Part shown: piece by piece, positions 1-11,849 of the stretch
Layout of the letters: each line of letters starts with the position of its first letter
Position numbering within the stretch: position 1 is the stretch's first letter
NCBI GenBank assembly: GCA_030264375.1
Contig: JASCQW010000162.1
Location: 46,875,544-46,939,543 of the forward strand
DNA: 64,000 nucleotides
Origin: Carcharhinus longimanus
Taxonomy: Eukaryota
Direction: 5' to 3'
Made by a program: the position numbers and the translations under genes
The notes under the pieces: model-generated
The model's input: the letters and a program-made list of their open reading frames with translations, nothing else
What the model was told of the DNA's origin: nothing
Database searches by the model: none

Positions 1-1048
1 CTTTCTCCCTCCCTCTCCAGATCCAACTCTGACCCACCCCCTCCTCCCCAGTGTGACTCCCTGCCCATTCTTTCCAGCTATCTGAGTCTCCATACGCTTT
101 TGACTCCACCACCCTCAGATCTGCCCTCCCTCCAAGGAGGAGAATGGGCTTTAGTAGGTGACATGAATCACAGAGGTGTCATGAACCATGGGTAGACTAT
201 AGTTTAGGGATGGGAACAAAATGAATGCTCATGAGAAAAAATGTTGCCTACTTCATATGTCATAACAAAGTGGTGCTGCATCAGTTACATTGGTTTTTAC
301 TACAATGATTAATCAGAGCGCTTTGCTTTGAAAAGATCAGTGACAATTAAATTATGTGTTTGCCAGGTTGTTACTTCTAACAACTGGTAAGCAGACAAAG
401 AAAAGTACAGCACTGGGAAAATGAAGAAGCCATTAGTTTGCAGTTATCCAAAGCCAAAGTGCGATTCCGCATTGTCTACCATTGAAATCCAGATCTGATG
501 GTGTAATATTTCCCCACTGTTTTTTCCTCCTTTGAAGTTCAGCTCACCTATCTATTTGGCTGTTTCAAAGCTTTGACAGATGACTGAGTTTCTGCCTGTC
601 GTCAAAGGCTCCAATGGATTCTGCTCACTGAGGATAATGTATACTGTTGTTCAGTAGAATATCGTTATGAATTCTTAGCTGCTTTCTAACCTATTAATGG
701 ATTCTGCTCATCAGGGTTTATCGACACAGCTGTCAAGGAGTATGTGAGCTTGTTTATCTTGACAGACTTATGGACTTTTCAAAGAGACTAATGGATTTTA
801 AGTCACTATTCAAGTAATGTTTGTATGTATTAACTGATTTATGTGCATTTGAAAACTTCCAAATGCTATTATAGGGGTCATAAGCTTTGTTTATAATAGT
901 GAATTGAAGGAATATGTGGCATGTGGGATATATTGGAGAGGAGGGTTGGGATTGAGGATTAAAGGGGATACCTCACACTCACCTCTAAAACTAAGTCAAT
1001 TGCATGGGGAATTGAAGTGGACTTTTTAATCTGGCCATCTTGGCAACT

Positions 1049-1272
1049 GCATGGGTTTCTTCCAGATGCTCTGGTTTCCCCCCACAGTCCAAAATGTGCA
1101 GGTTAGGTGGATTGGCCATGTTAAATTGCCCTTAGTGTGTATGTTAGGTGGATTAGCTATGAGGGATGTGCTGGGTTGCGGGGAAGGCGAATCTGGATTG
1201 GATGCTCTTCGGAGGGTCATTGCGGACCCGATAGTCCTCATGGCCTCCTTCTTCAGTGTCGGGATTCTATGA
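1049..1272 (+). mobile_element. HE1-type SINE, 5'-truncated
   Basis: V-SINE core 'ctctggtttcccccacagtccaaaatgtgcaggttaggtggattggccatg' and CR1-like tail ending 'gggattctatga'. Confidence 0.85.
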
Positions 1273-1849
1273 TCAGCTCACCTTCTATCTCTGCCTCAGG
1301 CTTGCTGTCAGAAGTGGCAGGACTAATGTCAGGCTGAACCCACCTCTACCAGCTAGAAGACAGGATTGCAAAATTGGGAAGCCTCCTAATAACTAATTCC
1401 CACTCAAAATGAAAATTCAGCCCAATTTTTCCAAGGTCAATGACAATTTACCAAAACTGGGCTGCAGCCAAGTTTGAGGTACTTCTCTCATTTGCTTAAA
1501 CACCACAGTGTGAGATATTTTCATCTTGTCACCAGTGTGTAAAATTGATGTGCTGGATCTTCTGCTCAGGATGGGAACCACCAGTTTTTATTTTCATCAA
1601 TTCATTTGAACTTGAAAGTCATTGGGCCAAATTGTCCAGTCTCAGGATGGTTGGAAACTGGATGTATGGCTGAAGATGCAAGTTGGGACCTTAGGGAAGT
1701 CCTGATGAAGCCTGGGATGTTTAAACATCCAATGGGCAATTCTTGTGCTCCCCAGGATCTTCCACGAATGCCTCCAACTCTGACCTATAGCCAGAGACTT
1801 GACAGACAGTACGTACCTAAGCAGCAATCCAAGAACTGTTAGACACTAT

Positions 1850-2408
1850 CAAACCTAATCTCTCACCTGGGTAATTCCCCAACTGACCTGCATTCGCCTC
1901 CCCAACACCACAATAACCCTGGACCTGTCCTGACCCGAACATCCCTTAATCATCTGAATACACCTCTGACCACCCAACAACCCTCTCCCCACTCAACAAC
2001 CTGCCTAACCTGAGCCAAGTAACCCTGACCACTCAACAGCCCCCTGACCACCTGACTACCTTACCCCCATGCTGGTCCAATTTGATTAGCCCTTAATCCA
2101 ACTACCCCATTACCCAATATAACCATCCTCCCTATCACCTGACTATCCATCAATCCGACCTGACTATCCCCTGATCACTCGACTGCCCAGAAATGCAATC
2201 TTACTACCCCGGGACACCTGACTACACTCAATGACCCAACTAGCCCTAACCACCCTTAATCAATGAACTACTCCTCGACACTACCTGGCCTTTGCCCTGA
2301 CCAGACCATACTACTCCTGCTGACTCAAGTACCCATCCACCCACCTACCCACCCTACCTACCTCACCCACCTAACTACTTACCCAACTTACCCACTTGAC
2401 AATTTGTT
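1850..2408. repeat. C-rich degenerate tandem/low-complexity tract
   Basis: Recurrent ctgacc/ctgact/ctaccc units with strong C-over-G skew, running into a gap. Confidence 0.75.
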
Positions 2409-3369
2409 NNNNNNNNNNNNNNNNNNNNNNNNNNNNNNNNNNNNNNNNNNNNNNNNNNNNNNNNNNNNNNNNNNNNNNNNNNNNNNNNNNNNNNNNNNNN
2501 NNNNNNNNNNNNNNNNNNNNNNNNNNNNNNNNNNNNNNNNNNNNNNNNNNNNNNNNNNNNNNNNNNNNNNNNNNNNNNNNNNNNNNNNNNNNNNNNNNNN
2601 NNNNNNNNNNNNNNNNNNNNNNNNNNNNNNNNNNNNNNNNNNNNNNNNNNNNNNNNNNNNNNNNNNNNNNNNNNNNNNNNNNNNNNNNNNNNNNNNNNNN
2701 NNNNNNNNNNNNNNNNNNNNNNNNNNNNNNNNNNNNNNNNNNNNNNNNNNNNNNNNNNNNNNNNNNNNNNNNNNNNNNNNNNNNNNNNNNNNNNNNNNNN
2801 NNNNNNNNNNNNNNNNNNNNNNNNNNNNNNNNNNNNNNNNNNNNNNNNNNNNNNNNNNNNNNNNNNNNNNNNNNNNNNNNNNNNNNNNNNNNNNNNNNNN
2901 NNNNNNNNNNNNNNNNNNNNNNNNNNNNNNNNNNNNNNNNNNNNNNNNNNNNNNNNNNNNNNNNNNNNNNNNNNNNNNNNNNNNNNNNNNNNNNNNNNNN
3001 NNNNNNNNNNNNNNNNNNNNNNNNNNNNNNNNNNNNNNNNNNNNNNNNNNNNNNNNNNNNNNNNNNNNNNNNNNNNNNNNNNNNNNNNNNNNNNNNNNNN
3101 NNNNNNNNNNNNNNNNNNNNNNNNNNNNNNNNNNNNNNNNNNNNNNNNNNNNNNNNNNNNNNNNNNNNNNNNNNNNNNNNNNNNNNNNNNNNNNNNNNNN
3201 NNNNNNNNNNNNNNNNNNNNNNNNNNNNNNNNNNNNNNNNNNNNNNNNNNNNNNNNNNNNNNNNNNNNNNNNNNNNNNNNNNNNNNNNNNNNNNNNNNNN
3301 NNNNNNNNNNNNNNNNNNNNNNNNNNNNNNNNNNNNNNNNNNNNNNNNNNNNNNNNNNNNNNNNNNNNN
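2409..3369. other. Assembly gap
   Basis: Run of N. Other gaps are at 7559-7568, 24853-25222, 28171-28270, 34915-35014, 46246-46511 and 49701-49747. Confidence 1.
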
Positions 3370-3478
3370 AGGTAAGTGGAACTGAACGACTATCAGATCA
3401 GCCATGATCTTACTGAATGGCTGGGCAGGCTCCAGGGGCTAGATGGCCTACTCCTGCTCCTATTTCTTATGTTCTTAT
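3370..3478 (+). mobile_element. CR1-type LINE 3' end (young family)
   Basis: 'gatcagccatgatcttactgaatgg...ggcctactcctgctcctatttcttatgttcttat' tail, next to a gap. Confidence 0.85.
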
Positions 3479-3726
3479 CCCCGTAACTAATACCAATAGC
3501 TAATTATTCTAACCTACACATCTGTAGATACCAAGGAAGAATTTAGCATGGCTAATTCACCTAACCAGCACATCTTTCAGACTGTGGGAGGAAACTACAG
3601 CACCTGGAGGAAACCCACGCAGACATGGAGAGAACATGCAAACTCCACACAGACAGTGACTCAAGGCTAGAATTGAACCTGGGTCCTGGGTGCTGTGAGG
3701 CAGCAGTGCTATGCACTGTGCCACCC
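3479..3726 (-). mobile_element. HE1-type SINE
   Basis: Reverse strand reads 'ggtggcacagtgcatagcactgctgcctcacagcacccaggacccaggttcaattc' (tRNA-like A/B boxes), followed by the V-domain. Confidence 0.9.
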
Positions 3727-4357
3727 CAGAAGTGAAATAAAAGCTGATCAATTGTGAATTCACACCTCTACATATTCAGGATTTATGGGTTTCTGCCATT
3801 AACATCCTAGCCCCTGGGACAGACCCCCTTTCTGATCCCGTTTTAGCTGTTCCCTTTTGTCAGAGCCTACAACACAGGGATGAAATCATAATCATTGTAT
3901 AGTAGTAACAACATTACCAGAATGTCAGTGTTTGTCTTTTAAACGAAAGAATACAGCTCCAGGGTTCTGTAAAATAATTATTTGTTGAGATTTCAGTTTA
4001 ATCTCTCTCTTTCAATTCTGTTACAAATGCAGGTTTACTTGATTACTGGATAAATATTTCAGCAGTTCAGACTATTCTGGGTGGTCCTCCTTTACAAATT
4101 CACTGATTCCTTTCCCAACTCCCCCAAATCTAACCATAAAAGAGTGCATTAAATCACTAGTTCGACATACTGTACAATATTTGCTGTTTAGACAGACTGT
4201 GAGATCCAGGCTTTTATTGTCTAATTCAAAAGCAATTTACCGAACAAGACCTTACAGAACAACACTTTGGAACCAGGGCTAAATTGACTTTTTAAGGATT
4301 GATGAATGCAATAGGAGGAAAAAACCAAATCCATTCATCACTTTACATTGTTTTAAA

Positions 4358-6700
4358 AGAACAAAGAAGAACAAAGAAAAGTACAGCACAGGAACAGGCC
4401 TATGCCGATCATGGTGCTTACCTAAACTAAAACCGTATGCACTTACAGAGTCCATATCTTTCCATTCCTGTCCTGTTCATCTATCCGTCTAGTTGCCCCT
4501 TAAACGCCACTATCGTACCTGCTCCCATCAGCTCCTCAGCCAGCGCATTCCAGACATTCACCACCCACTGTGTAAAAATCTTGCCTTGCACATCTCTTCT
4601 AAACTTTTCCCCATGCAGCTTAAACCTATGCCCCCTAGTACTTGACTTTTCTACCCTGGGAAAGAGTATCTGACTATCCACTCTATCCATGCCACTCATA
4701 ATCTTGTAAACTTCTAACAGGTCACCCCCCAACCTCCGTCATTCCAGTGAAAACAAACCGAGTTTACCCAACCCTTCCTCATAGCTAATACCCTCCAGAC
4801 CAAGCAACATCTGGTAAACTGCTTCTGTATTCTCTTCAAAGCATTCACATCCTTTACTAGTGTGGCAACCAAAATGTACGTTGTATTCTAAATGAGGCCT
4901 AATTAAAGGTTCTGTATAGCTGCGGGATGACCTGCCAATCTTTATGCTCAATGCCCTGACTGATGAAGGCAAGCATGCCGTATGCTTTCTTGACTACCTT
5001 ATCCACCTGCATTGCCACTTTCAATGATTGACAGACATCGATCTGTCCAGATGCACCCAGATCTCTCCGCCTGTCAATACTTCTAAGGGTTCTACCATTT
5101 ACTGTATAACTCCTACATGAATTGGACCTTCCAAAATGCATTATCTCATACTTGTTCGGATTAAACTCCATCTGCCATTTCTCTGCCCAAGGTTCCAACT
5201 GGTCTATATCTTGCTGCATCCTCTGAAAATCCTCTTCATTATCCGCAACTCCACCAATTTTTGTGTCGTCTGCAAACTTACAAATCAGTCCAGCTACATT
5301 TTCCTCCAAACCATTGATATGTACTACAAACAACAAAGGTCCCAGAACTGATCCCTACGGAACACTGCTGATCAGAACCTTCCATTCAGAAAAGCGTTAC
5401 TCTACTGCTACCCTCTGTCTTCTATGGCCAAGCTAGTTCTGTATCTATCTTGCCAGCTCCCCTCTGATCCCGTGTGACTTCATCTTTTGTACCAGTCTAT
5501 CATGAGGTACATTGTCAAAAGCTTTCCTGAAGTCCGTGTATACAATGTCCACTGTCTTTCCCTCATCTATCATCTTTATCACTTCCTTGAAAAACTCGAT
5601 CAAGGTAGTGAGGCACAAGCTCCCCTTCACAAAGCCATGCTGTGTATCACTAACAAGTCCATGTGTTTCCAAATGTGAGTAAATCCTGTCCCCAAGGATC
5701 TTTTCCAATGCCCCAGCAACTTCCGCCTTTGCCTCCCTCAGTATTCTGGGATAGATCCCATCAGGCCTTGGGGACTTATCTATTTTAATGCTTTTTAAGA
5801 CACCCAATACCTCCTCCTTTCTGATATCAACATGACCCAGAATATCTACACACCCTACCTTAGCTCTTCATCCATCAAATCCTTCTCTTTGGTGAATACT
5901 GAGGCAAAGTATTAATTTTAGTACCTCGCCCATTTCCTCTGATTCCATGCATAGTTTCTCTCCATTATCCTTGAGTGGACCAACCCTTTCCCTGGCTATC
6001 TTCTTGCGCTTTACATACATGTAAAATGGCTTAGGATTTTCCTTAATCCTGTTTGCCAAAGACTTTTCATGACCCTTTTTAGCCCTCCTAACTTCTTTCT
6101 TAAGTTCTCTCCTACATTCTTTATATTCTTCAGGGGCTACATCTATCCTCAGCCTTTTAGCCCTTACAAATGCTTTCTTTTTCCTTTTGTCAAGGTCCAT
6201 AATATCCCTCGTTATCCAAGGTTCCCGATACTTGCCACACTTATCCTTCATCCTCACAGGTACGTGCCGGTCCTGAATTCCAATCAATTGGCATTTGAAA
6301 GACTCCCACATGTCGAATGTTGATTTACCCTCAAACAGCCTCTCCCAGTCTATACTCTCCAGATCCTGCTGAATGTTATTGTAGTCAGTTTTCCCCCAAC
6401 TTAATACCTTCGTCCGAGGACCACTCTTGTCCCTGTCCACAAGCACCTTAAAACCTAAACTGAATTACGATCACTGTTCCCGAAATGCTCTCCTACTGAA
6501 ACTTCAATCACCTGGACGGGCTCATTCCTCAATACCAAGTCTAATATGTCTCCTTCCCAAGTTGGGCTATTTACATACTGTTTCAACAAATCCTCCTTAC
6601 AAATTCTGCCCCATCTAAGCCCCTAGCAATGTGAGACACAATCAATATAGGGAAAGTTAAAATCGCCCATCACAACAACCCTGTTGTTTTTGCATCTTTC
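4358..6700 (-). mobile_element. CR1-clade LINE (HER1-like), 5'-truncated, with disrupted ORF2 (endonuclease C-terminal part and RT)
   Basis: Translated fragments: VVVMGDFNFP (APE endonuclease), KSPRPDGIYPRIL, QHGFVKG, DFRKAFDNVPH, CKFADDTKIGG (RT catalytic motif), RPHLEY, TRGHRFKL. The 3' tail '(aagaaca)n...gtacagcacaggaacaggcc' is present. Confidence 0.95.
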
Positions 6701-6748
6701 CAAAATAATTCCATATTCACTACCTCCAATGTTTACTCTCTCCATTTT

Positions 6749-6912
6749 GTACAATTTTGTCTTTTAAAAAGCATTTAGACAGTTATGTGGGTAAGATGGG
6801 TATAGAGAGATATGGACCAAACATGGGCAATTGGGATTAGCTTAGAGGTTTAAAAAAAAGGCGGTATGGACAAGTTGGGCCGAAGAGCCTGTCTCCATGC
6901 TGTAAGCCTCTA
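6749..6912 (+). mobile_element. CR1-type LINE 3' fragment
   Basis: 'aaaaagcatttagacagt...ggacaagttgggccgaagagcctgtctccatgctgt'; it is the reverse complement of part of 7062-7600. Confidence 0.85.
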
Positions 6913-6922
6913 TATAAAAAAA

Positions 6923-7730
6923 ATCAACAAAATGCTTTGCAGCAACTCCACAAGGCACCTTTGACAACACGTTCCAAATAAACAACCTCTGCCACCTAGA
7001 ATGACAAGGGCATCAGGTGCATGGGAAAACCACCACTTCTGAGGCACACACCATCTTGACTTAGAGTCATAGAGGTTCACAGCATGGAAACAGGCCCTTT
7101 GGCCCAACTTGTCCATGCTGCCCTTTTATTTTAAACCTCCAAGCTAATCCCAATAACCTTCATTTGGCCAATATCCCTCTACACTCATCTTACCCATGTA
7201 ACTGTCCAAATGCTTTTTAAAATACAAAATTGTATCCACCTCTAATATTACCTTTGGCAGTTTGTTCCAGACATTCACCATCCTCTGTGTGAAAAAATTG
7301 CCCCTCTGGACACTTTCCTATCTCTCCCCTCTCACCTTAAATCTATGCCCTCTAGTTTTAAACACCCCTACCTTTGGGAAAAGATAATGACCATCTAACT
7401 GATCTGTGCCCCTCATTATTTTATGGACCTCTGTAAGAACACCCCTTAGCCTCCTACGCTCCAGAGAAAAAGTCCCAGTCTATCCAACCTCTCCATATAA
7501 CTCAAAACCATCAAGTAGCATCCTAGTAAATCTTTTCTGCATTCTTTCTAGTTTAATANNNNNNNNNNCCTTTCTATAACAGGGTGACCAGAACTGTATA
7601 CTGTAGGATACAGTTCTTGGAAATATATTGTTGTTCCTTCAGTGATGCTAGGTCAAAATTCTGGAACTCCCATCCAAACAGCACATGGACTGCAGCAGCT
7701 CAAGAAGGTGGCTCATCATCTCTAGAGCCC
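6923..7730 (+). mobile_element. Old LINE 3' fragment split by a CR1 insertion
   Basis: 6923-7061 and 7617-7730 join to match the uninterrupted copy at ~12000-12250. Confidence 0.8.
7062..7605 (-). mobile_element. CR1-type LINE 3' portion, nested insertion
   Basis: Tail 'tagagtcatagaggttcacagcatggaaacaggccc' and ORF2 C-terminal remnants up to 'gtgaccagaactgtatactgt'. Confidence 0.88.
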
Positions 7731-7789
7731 TTCTCTAGGACAACGAAAAGGGGAAAATCTGGCAAATTGGAAATGGCACCAATAATCTG

Positions 7790-8325
7790 GTAATGTACTG
7801 GAAGGAAAGGGCAGATGCCATCCAGGGTGAAAACCACCCTAATGATTATGTATTTCAAATGGAATCCCAATGCCACTGCACCCATTAAGAAATTTGATTG
7901 ACCTAGTCGTGGAAGTTAATTAGGAAGGGGAATAGTCTTGTCAAGAAACAGGGTGGGAAGAAATGTAATTGAGGTAGCTATGGGAGTCAGTAGATTTGTG
8001 GTAGATACTGGTGCAAAGCTTATATCTATCAATGGAGACAAAGAAGTGAAGAAAGGGAAGTGGAAAGTCAGAGATGGACCGGGCAAAGGTAAAAAAGGTT
8101 TGGAAGTGAAAAGCAAAATTAATGAAGCTTTCTAGCTTGGTGAAAACAGGAAACAGAAGTCTTCATACTAGAAAAAAATAATCAGGGAGACTGATTCACA
8201 CTAGAACAAAGAAAATGCAATACATCCTGCAAAAAGGCAGACATAGCTAGGATCCATGTAGGTTTCCATAGCGACACCTTTCATTTGGAGGAAGTAAGTG
8301 GAGTTAAAGGGAAAATTGTTCCATG
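7790..8325 (-). mobile_element. Penelope-like element, degenerate RT fragment
   Basis: Reverse strand translates NNFPFNSTYFLQMKGVAMETYMDPSY (cf. PLE 'F.Q..GVAMG..MGPSYA') and LPFLHFFVSI..IYHKSTDSHSYLNYISSHP (cf. 'LPFLD....YKPTDSHSYL.Y.SSHP'). Confidence 0.85.
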
Positions 8326-8661
8326 TAAAGTTGATATATTACAGAGACAGATAAGTCAGTGCCAACATAAAATTAAAATGCATAGACAAAGACTAGAGAT
8401 GGAAAAGAGGTGGCACGATTGTAAATTGGCGTTATACCAACAGAAAACTGAAAAGCTATGACTTAAGCAAAGCAGATCTGAAAAGTTTTCTTCCACAGAT
8501 GGCAAAATGCACCAAAATGACTATAGATCAGGAAATAGATGTCCAGAGATCTATTTAAGGGTCTGGTGCATGATAAATTAATCAAAGCTAGCCGTATTCA
8601 ATTATGAATGGCAAAGACAGATTGAACTTTTAGTTCCCTAACACTGAGCCTTAAAGATATG

Positions 8662-8822
8662 TTTGATAATAGACTCACAAGCTTTCAGGGTTAGCCCCAC
8701 CTGACGAAGGGGCTAACCCCGAAAGCTTGTGAGTCTATTATCAAATAAATCGGTTGGACTAAAACCTGGTGTTGTCAGACTTTTTACTGTGTTTATGCCA
8801 GTCCAACGCCGGCATACCCACA
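8662..8822 (+). mobile_element. Short non-autonomous Penelope-type element with inverted terminal duplication and 13-bp TSD
   Basis: Direct repeat ccttaaagatatg at 8649-8661 and 8823-8835. Inverted repeat 8662-8698 / 8709-8745 matches at 36 of 37 positions. The 3' part matches 24779-24852 on the opposite strand. Confidence 0.85.
8698..8731 (+). ncRNA. Minimal type I hammerhead ribozyme motif
   Basis: CAC-CUGACGA-A-GGGG-CUAA-CCCC-GAAA-GC-UU-GUG: core CUGANGA and GAAA, 4-bp GC stem II, palindromic AAGCUU stem III, CAC/GUG stem I. Confidence 0.75.
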
Positions 8823-11679
8823 CCTTAAAGATATGGGCAGAGAAGCTGAAATGAGTATTCAGTGGTCAAATAATGATTGGATTTCTTTTGTGTTGATCCC
8901 ACTTCAATTGCAAATTATGATGCAATGAACTAAACAATTGGGTCATTTTATTCCCACTCAAGCACAGGAGCATATATTTAAAACATTATGTAAAGGCCAG
9001 GATCTGTGTGTAATAGGTCACTTTATAGAAGACTTACAGGTATATCCATCAATGGAGCTAAAGAAGTGAAGGAACACAGGGTCAGACAGTCAAGAGAGCT
9101 CAGCATCATGTGGATTCCTGAGGGCAAAGGAAATTACAAGCAGAAACTACCATTCAACACTCCAAGATTCACTAAAACAATTGATTGGTTGCAAGATGAT
9201 GAAGAGGAATTGCATAGCTTTGCAGACGTTAAAAGGCATAAATTCTGAAAGCAGGTGTGGAAAGTTTCCCTCCACAGATGCTATTCAACCCAAATATTAT
9301 CCAGTATTTTCAAAGTGTAAACAGTTGTTTAGCGACACAATGCCATCAAATTTCCAGGCTATGGTCAAGGGTGAACTAATGATGAAAGACAGTTGGATCG
9401 TTAACAATGTTTGAAGTGAAACATGGGCAAAGAACCTGGAATCTGCAGCCGATGGCCGTATCTTAGGCATGATGTGGGCAGCTATTTTAAAGTTACCCAC
9501 AATGCTGCATTCTTAGGAAACCATGATGAAGGGACTGGTGTGGGGCAGCGCACCTAGAATGTGTATCCAAAGATATCAGTCCAAGATACATGGCAGACTG
9601 GAGCATTTCTGTTTCTCCTGACTCAACATAAATATAAGGAGAAAGAGAAATAGCCTTACTGTTTAATTGATGACCTCTGGAAGTTCCTTTAATTGTTCAC
9701 TAACACTTGCTTAATATTCACGTGAAAATCTGTGTTTTCTCAACTAGAATGATACTACTGATGTTGCAGCATAAGAATGGGCTTGTACTCCTGAAGCACA
9801 TGCAATTTGCAATAGTAGAAAGCTTGGCTGCTTTTTTGTGGTCTGATATTAAATTAATATTGATCTTTCACTGCTGGCAGAAATGTAATATTAAGTCCCA
9901 GAACTTCTTTAACCCACATTTATTAGATCACGACAAATGTTATGATGTGAAGCTGTATGTGAAAAATATTAATTGTAGGTTTATTATCAAACAACCAAAA
10001 AAAATCAATACAACAGTAATGAAATAAGCACTCAACTACATTTGTTATACATTACCATAAATTCACTATAAAATTATTCTATGGCATTTGAAATTGGCCA
10101 AAATGTCTACAGTGAAGGTTATTTCTAGTAACACAAAGATAAATTGTTCAAAGATGAAACAAAAATAGTTCTTTGTCTTGACATCTTAGACACGTAAGCT
10201 AAAATAAATTAGCACAACAATTTTGATATTTCAAACATCACTCACTCTGCCGCCACTGTCACAGCTCTAATCACTGCTCATGCAACCTGAGGCTGGTCAC
10301 TAATGCACCGAAACATTGCTAATGACACCGAGCTATGACAAGATAAGGACATGTTCATAATGAATTACTTCAGCAAAGCAATGTAGTCAGAATAATTATA
10401 GAATCACATGTCCTTCTGGCCCTTGATTGTCACAATCATCACTTCCAATGCTAAAACAATATTATGATAACCTTACGTTCAACAAAAGCTGCAACTGTTT
10501 AATAGTGTTGTACATGTACACTGTAGTTTAAAGTCCTGCTTGGCTACTACTGGCATTTGGCAGGCTGACGTTTTATATGTGTTATTTATATCTCTATTAA
10601 AAATCCAAGATCCTTGGGAATGGTGTTCATAGTTTAAGAATAAGCTTTTGCAGGTGTTTCCCTGCCGTATCTCACAATGATCTTGAAGTGATTGTCTTAG
10701 CAAGTTTACTTTGATAATGAGATTTTAATACTTCAAATTTGGGGATAATTACACTTATACCTATCATCAAAAAACACATGCAGCAGCTATAGGGTTAAAT
10801 CCATTATAATAGTTTCACTGCTTCCCCAAGAGGCTCATAGCAAGGAAAATATCTAGCCACACCAATAGCGAGATAGAGTTATCTCTCCATACTGTAACTA
10901 TCTGCCAAACTGTAGCATCCTGAAAATGTCAGACAATGTCATCACTGCAAATTGCCCAGATTTCCCAGCTACCATATTGTCAATAGGCAGCTGTCAAGCA
11001 AGAGATAATGTAAATGTAGCAGGCAGTGGAAAGCGAGTGATATCGCTGAAAGGAGTCCAAAGAAATTGATTTTTAAAAAATCTAATAACCTAAAGAATAT
11101 CCCATCATATATCTAAAACTCATTATCCTTATTAAGCCATTATCAATCCAAAACAAAATGGTAATTTTGTGAGAATAGTGGAGAAATAAGAAAATTAAAG
11201 ACAAATGGAATAAAATATCACTTGGAGCAGAAGTTATGTTTTTTTGAGGTAAAGTTTCCATTTTTAGAACAATCAACAATCCATACACAAATTATGTCCA
11301 ATATTGCCATAATTTTCCAAATTGATTATATGGTTAAAGTTTTCATTCAACCTCACTTGCATAATCAGAGTGTAAATTCATCAATGCACGCAACTGGGCA
11401 GCATTTTAGCAGGTTTTTCTTGCATGAAAAGGTGTTCCTTGTTGAACCGAAGAACGGTAACCCAGTGCAGTTTTAAAAGTACAGATGAAAATGGGTTTAT
11501 CACAAAAAAAAAGCACTTTTAATAAGAGTGTCTAATCCATTTCTGTAAGTAAGCTGATTTTCAATAAAATTAGTTAAGAAATAATACAGAACCACTTACT
11601 AGTTTAATTGATGTATGGGCAGTCAGCTTTTTAATAAATTACACTTTTTAATGTTATAAGCTTTTCAAAGGTACCTATT

Positions 11680-11830
11680 CTGGCCTGGTGGTACTGTGGA
11701 CAGAGCCCCTGCCTCTGAGTCAAAAGTTCTGAGTTTGAGTCCCACCTTAGGGCTTACAGTCAAGAAAGGTACGTTTACAACATGACCAAACAGATTAAAT
11801 GTCGACCTGCAAATCCTTTCAACATATACC
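11680..11830 (+). mobile_element. Old tRNA-derived SINE head
   Basis: 'tgcctctgagtcaaaagttctgagtttgagtcccac' is B-box-like; a similar decayed copy lies at ~27465-27595. Confidence 0.55.
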
Positions 11831-11849
11831 AAGAGCAAGAGAGATTCAT

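Noticed and set aside
2263-3405. Long ORFs of 329-370 aa (and similar ones at 24759-25285 and 46111-46716)
   Set aside because: Artefacts of reading through N gaps.
8850-9250. RTE-like remnant (IMWIPEGKG)
   Set aside because: A single weak motif; insufficient.
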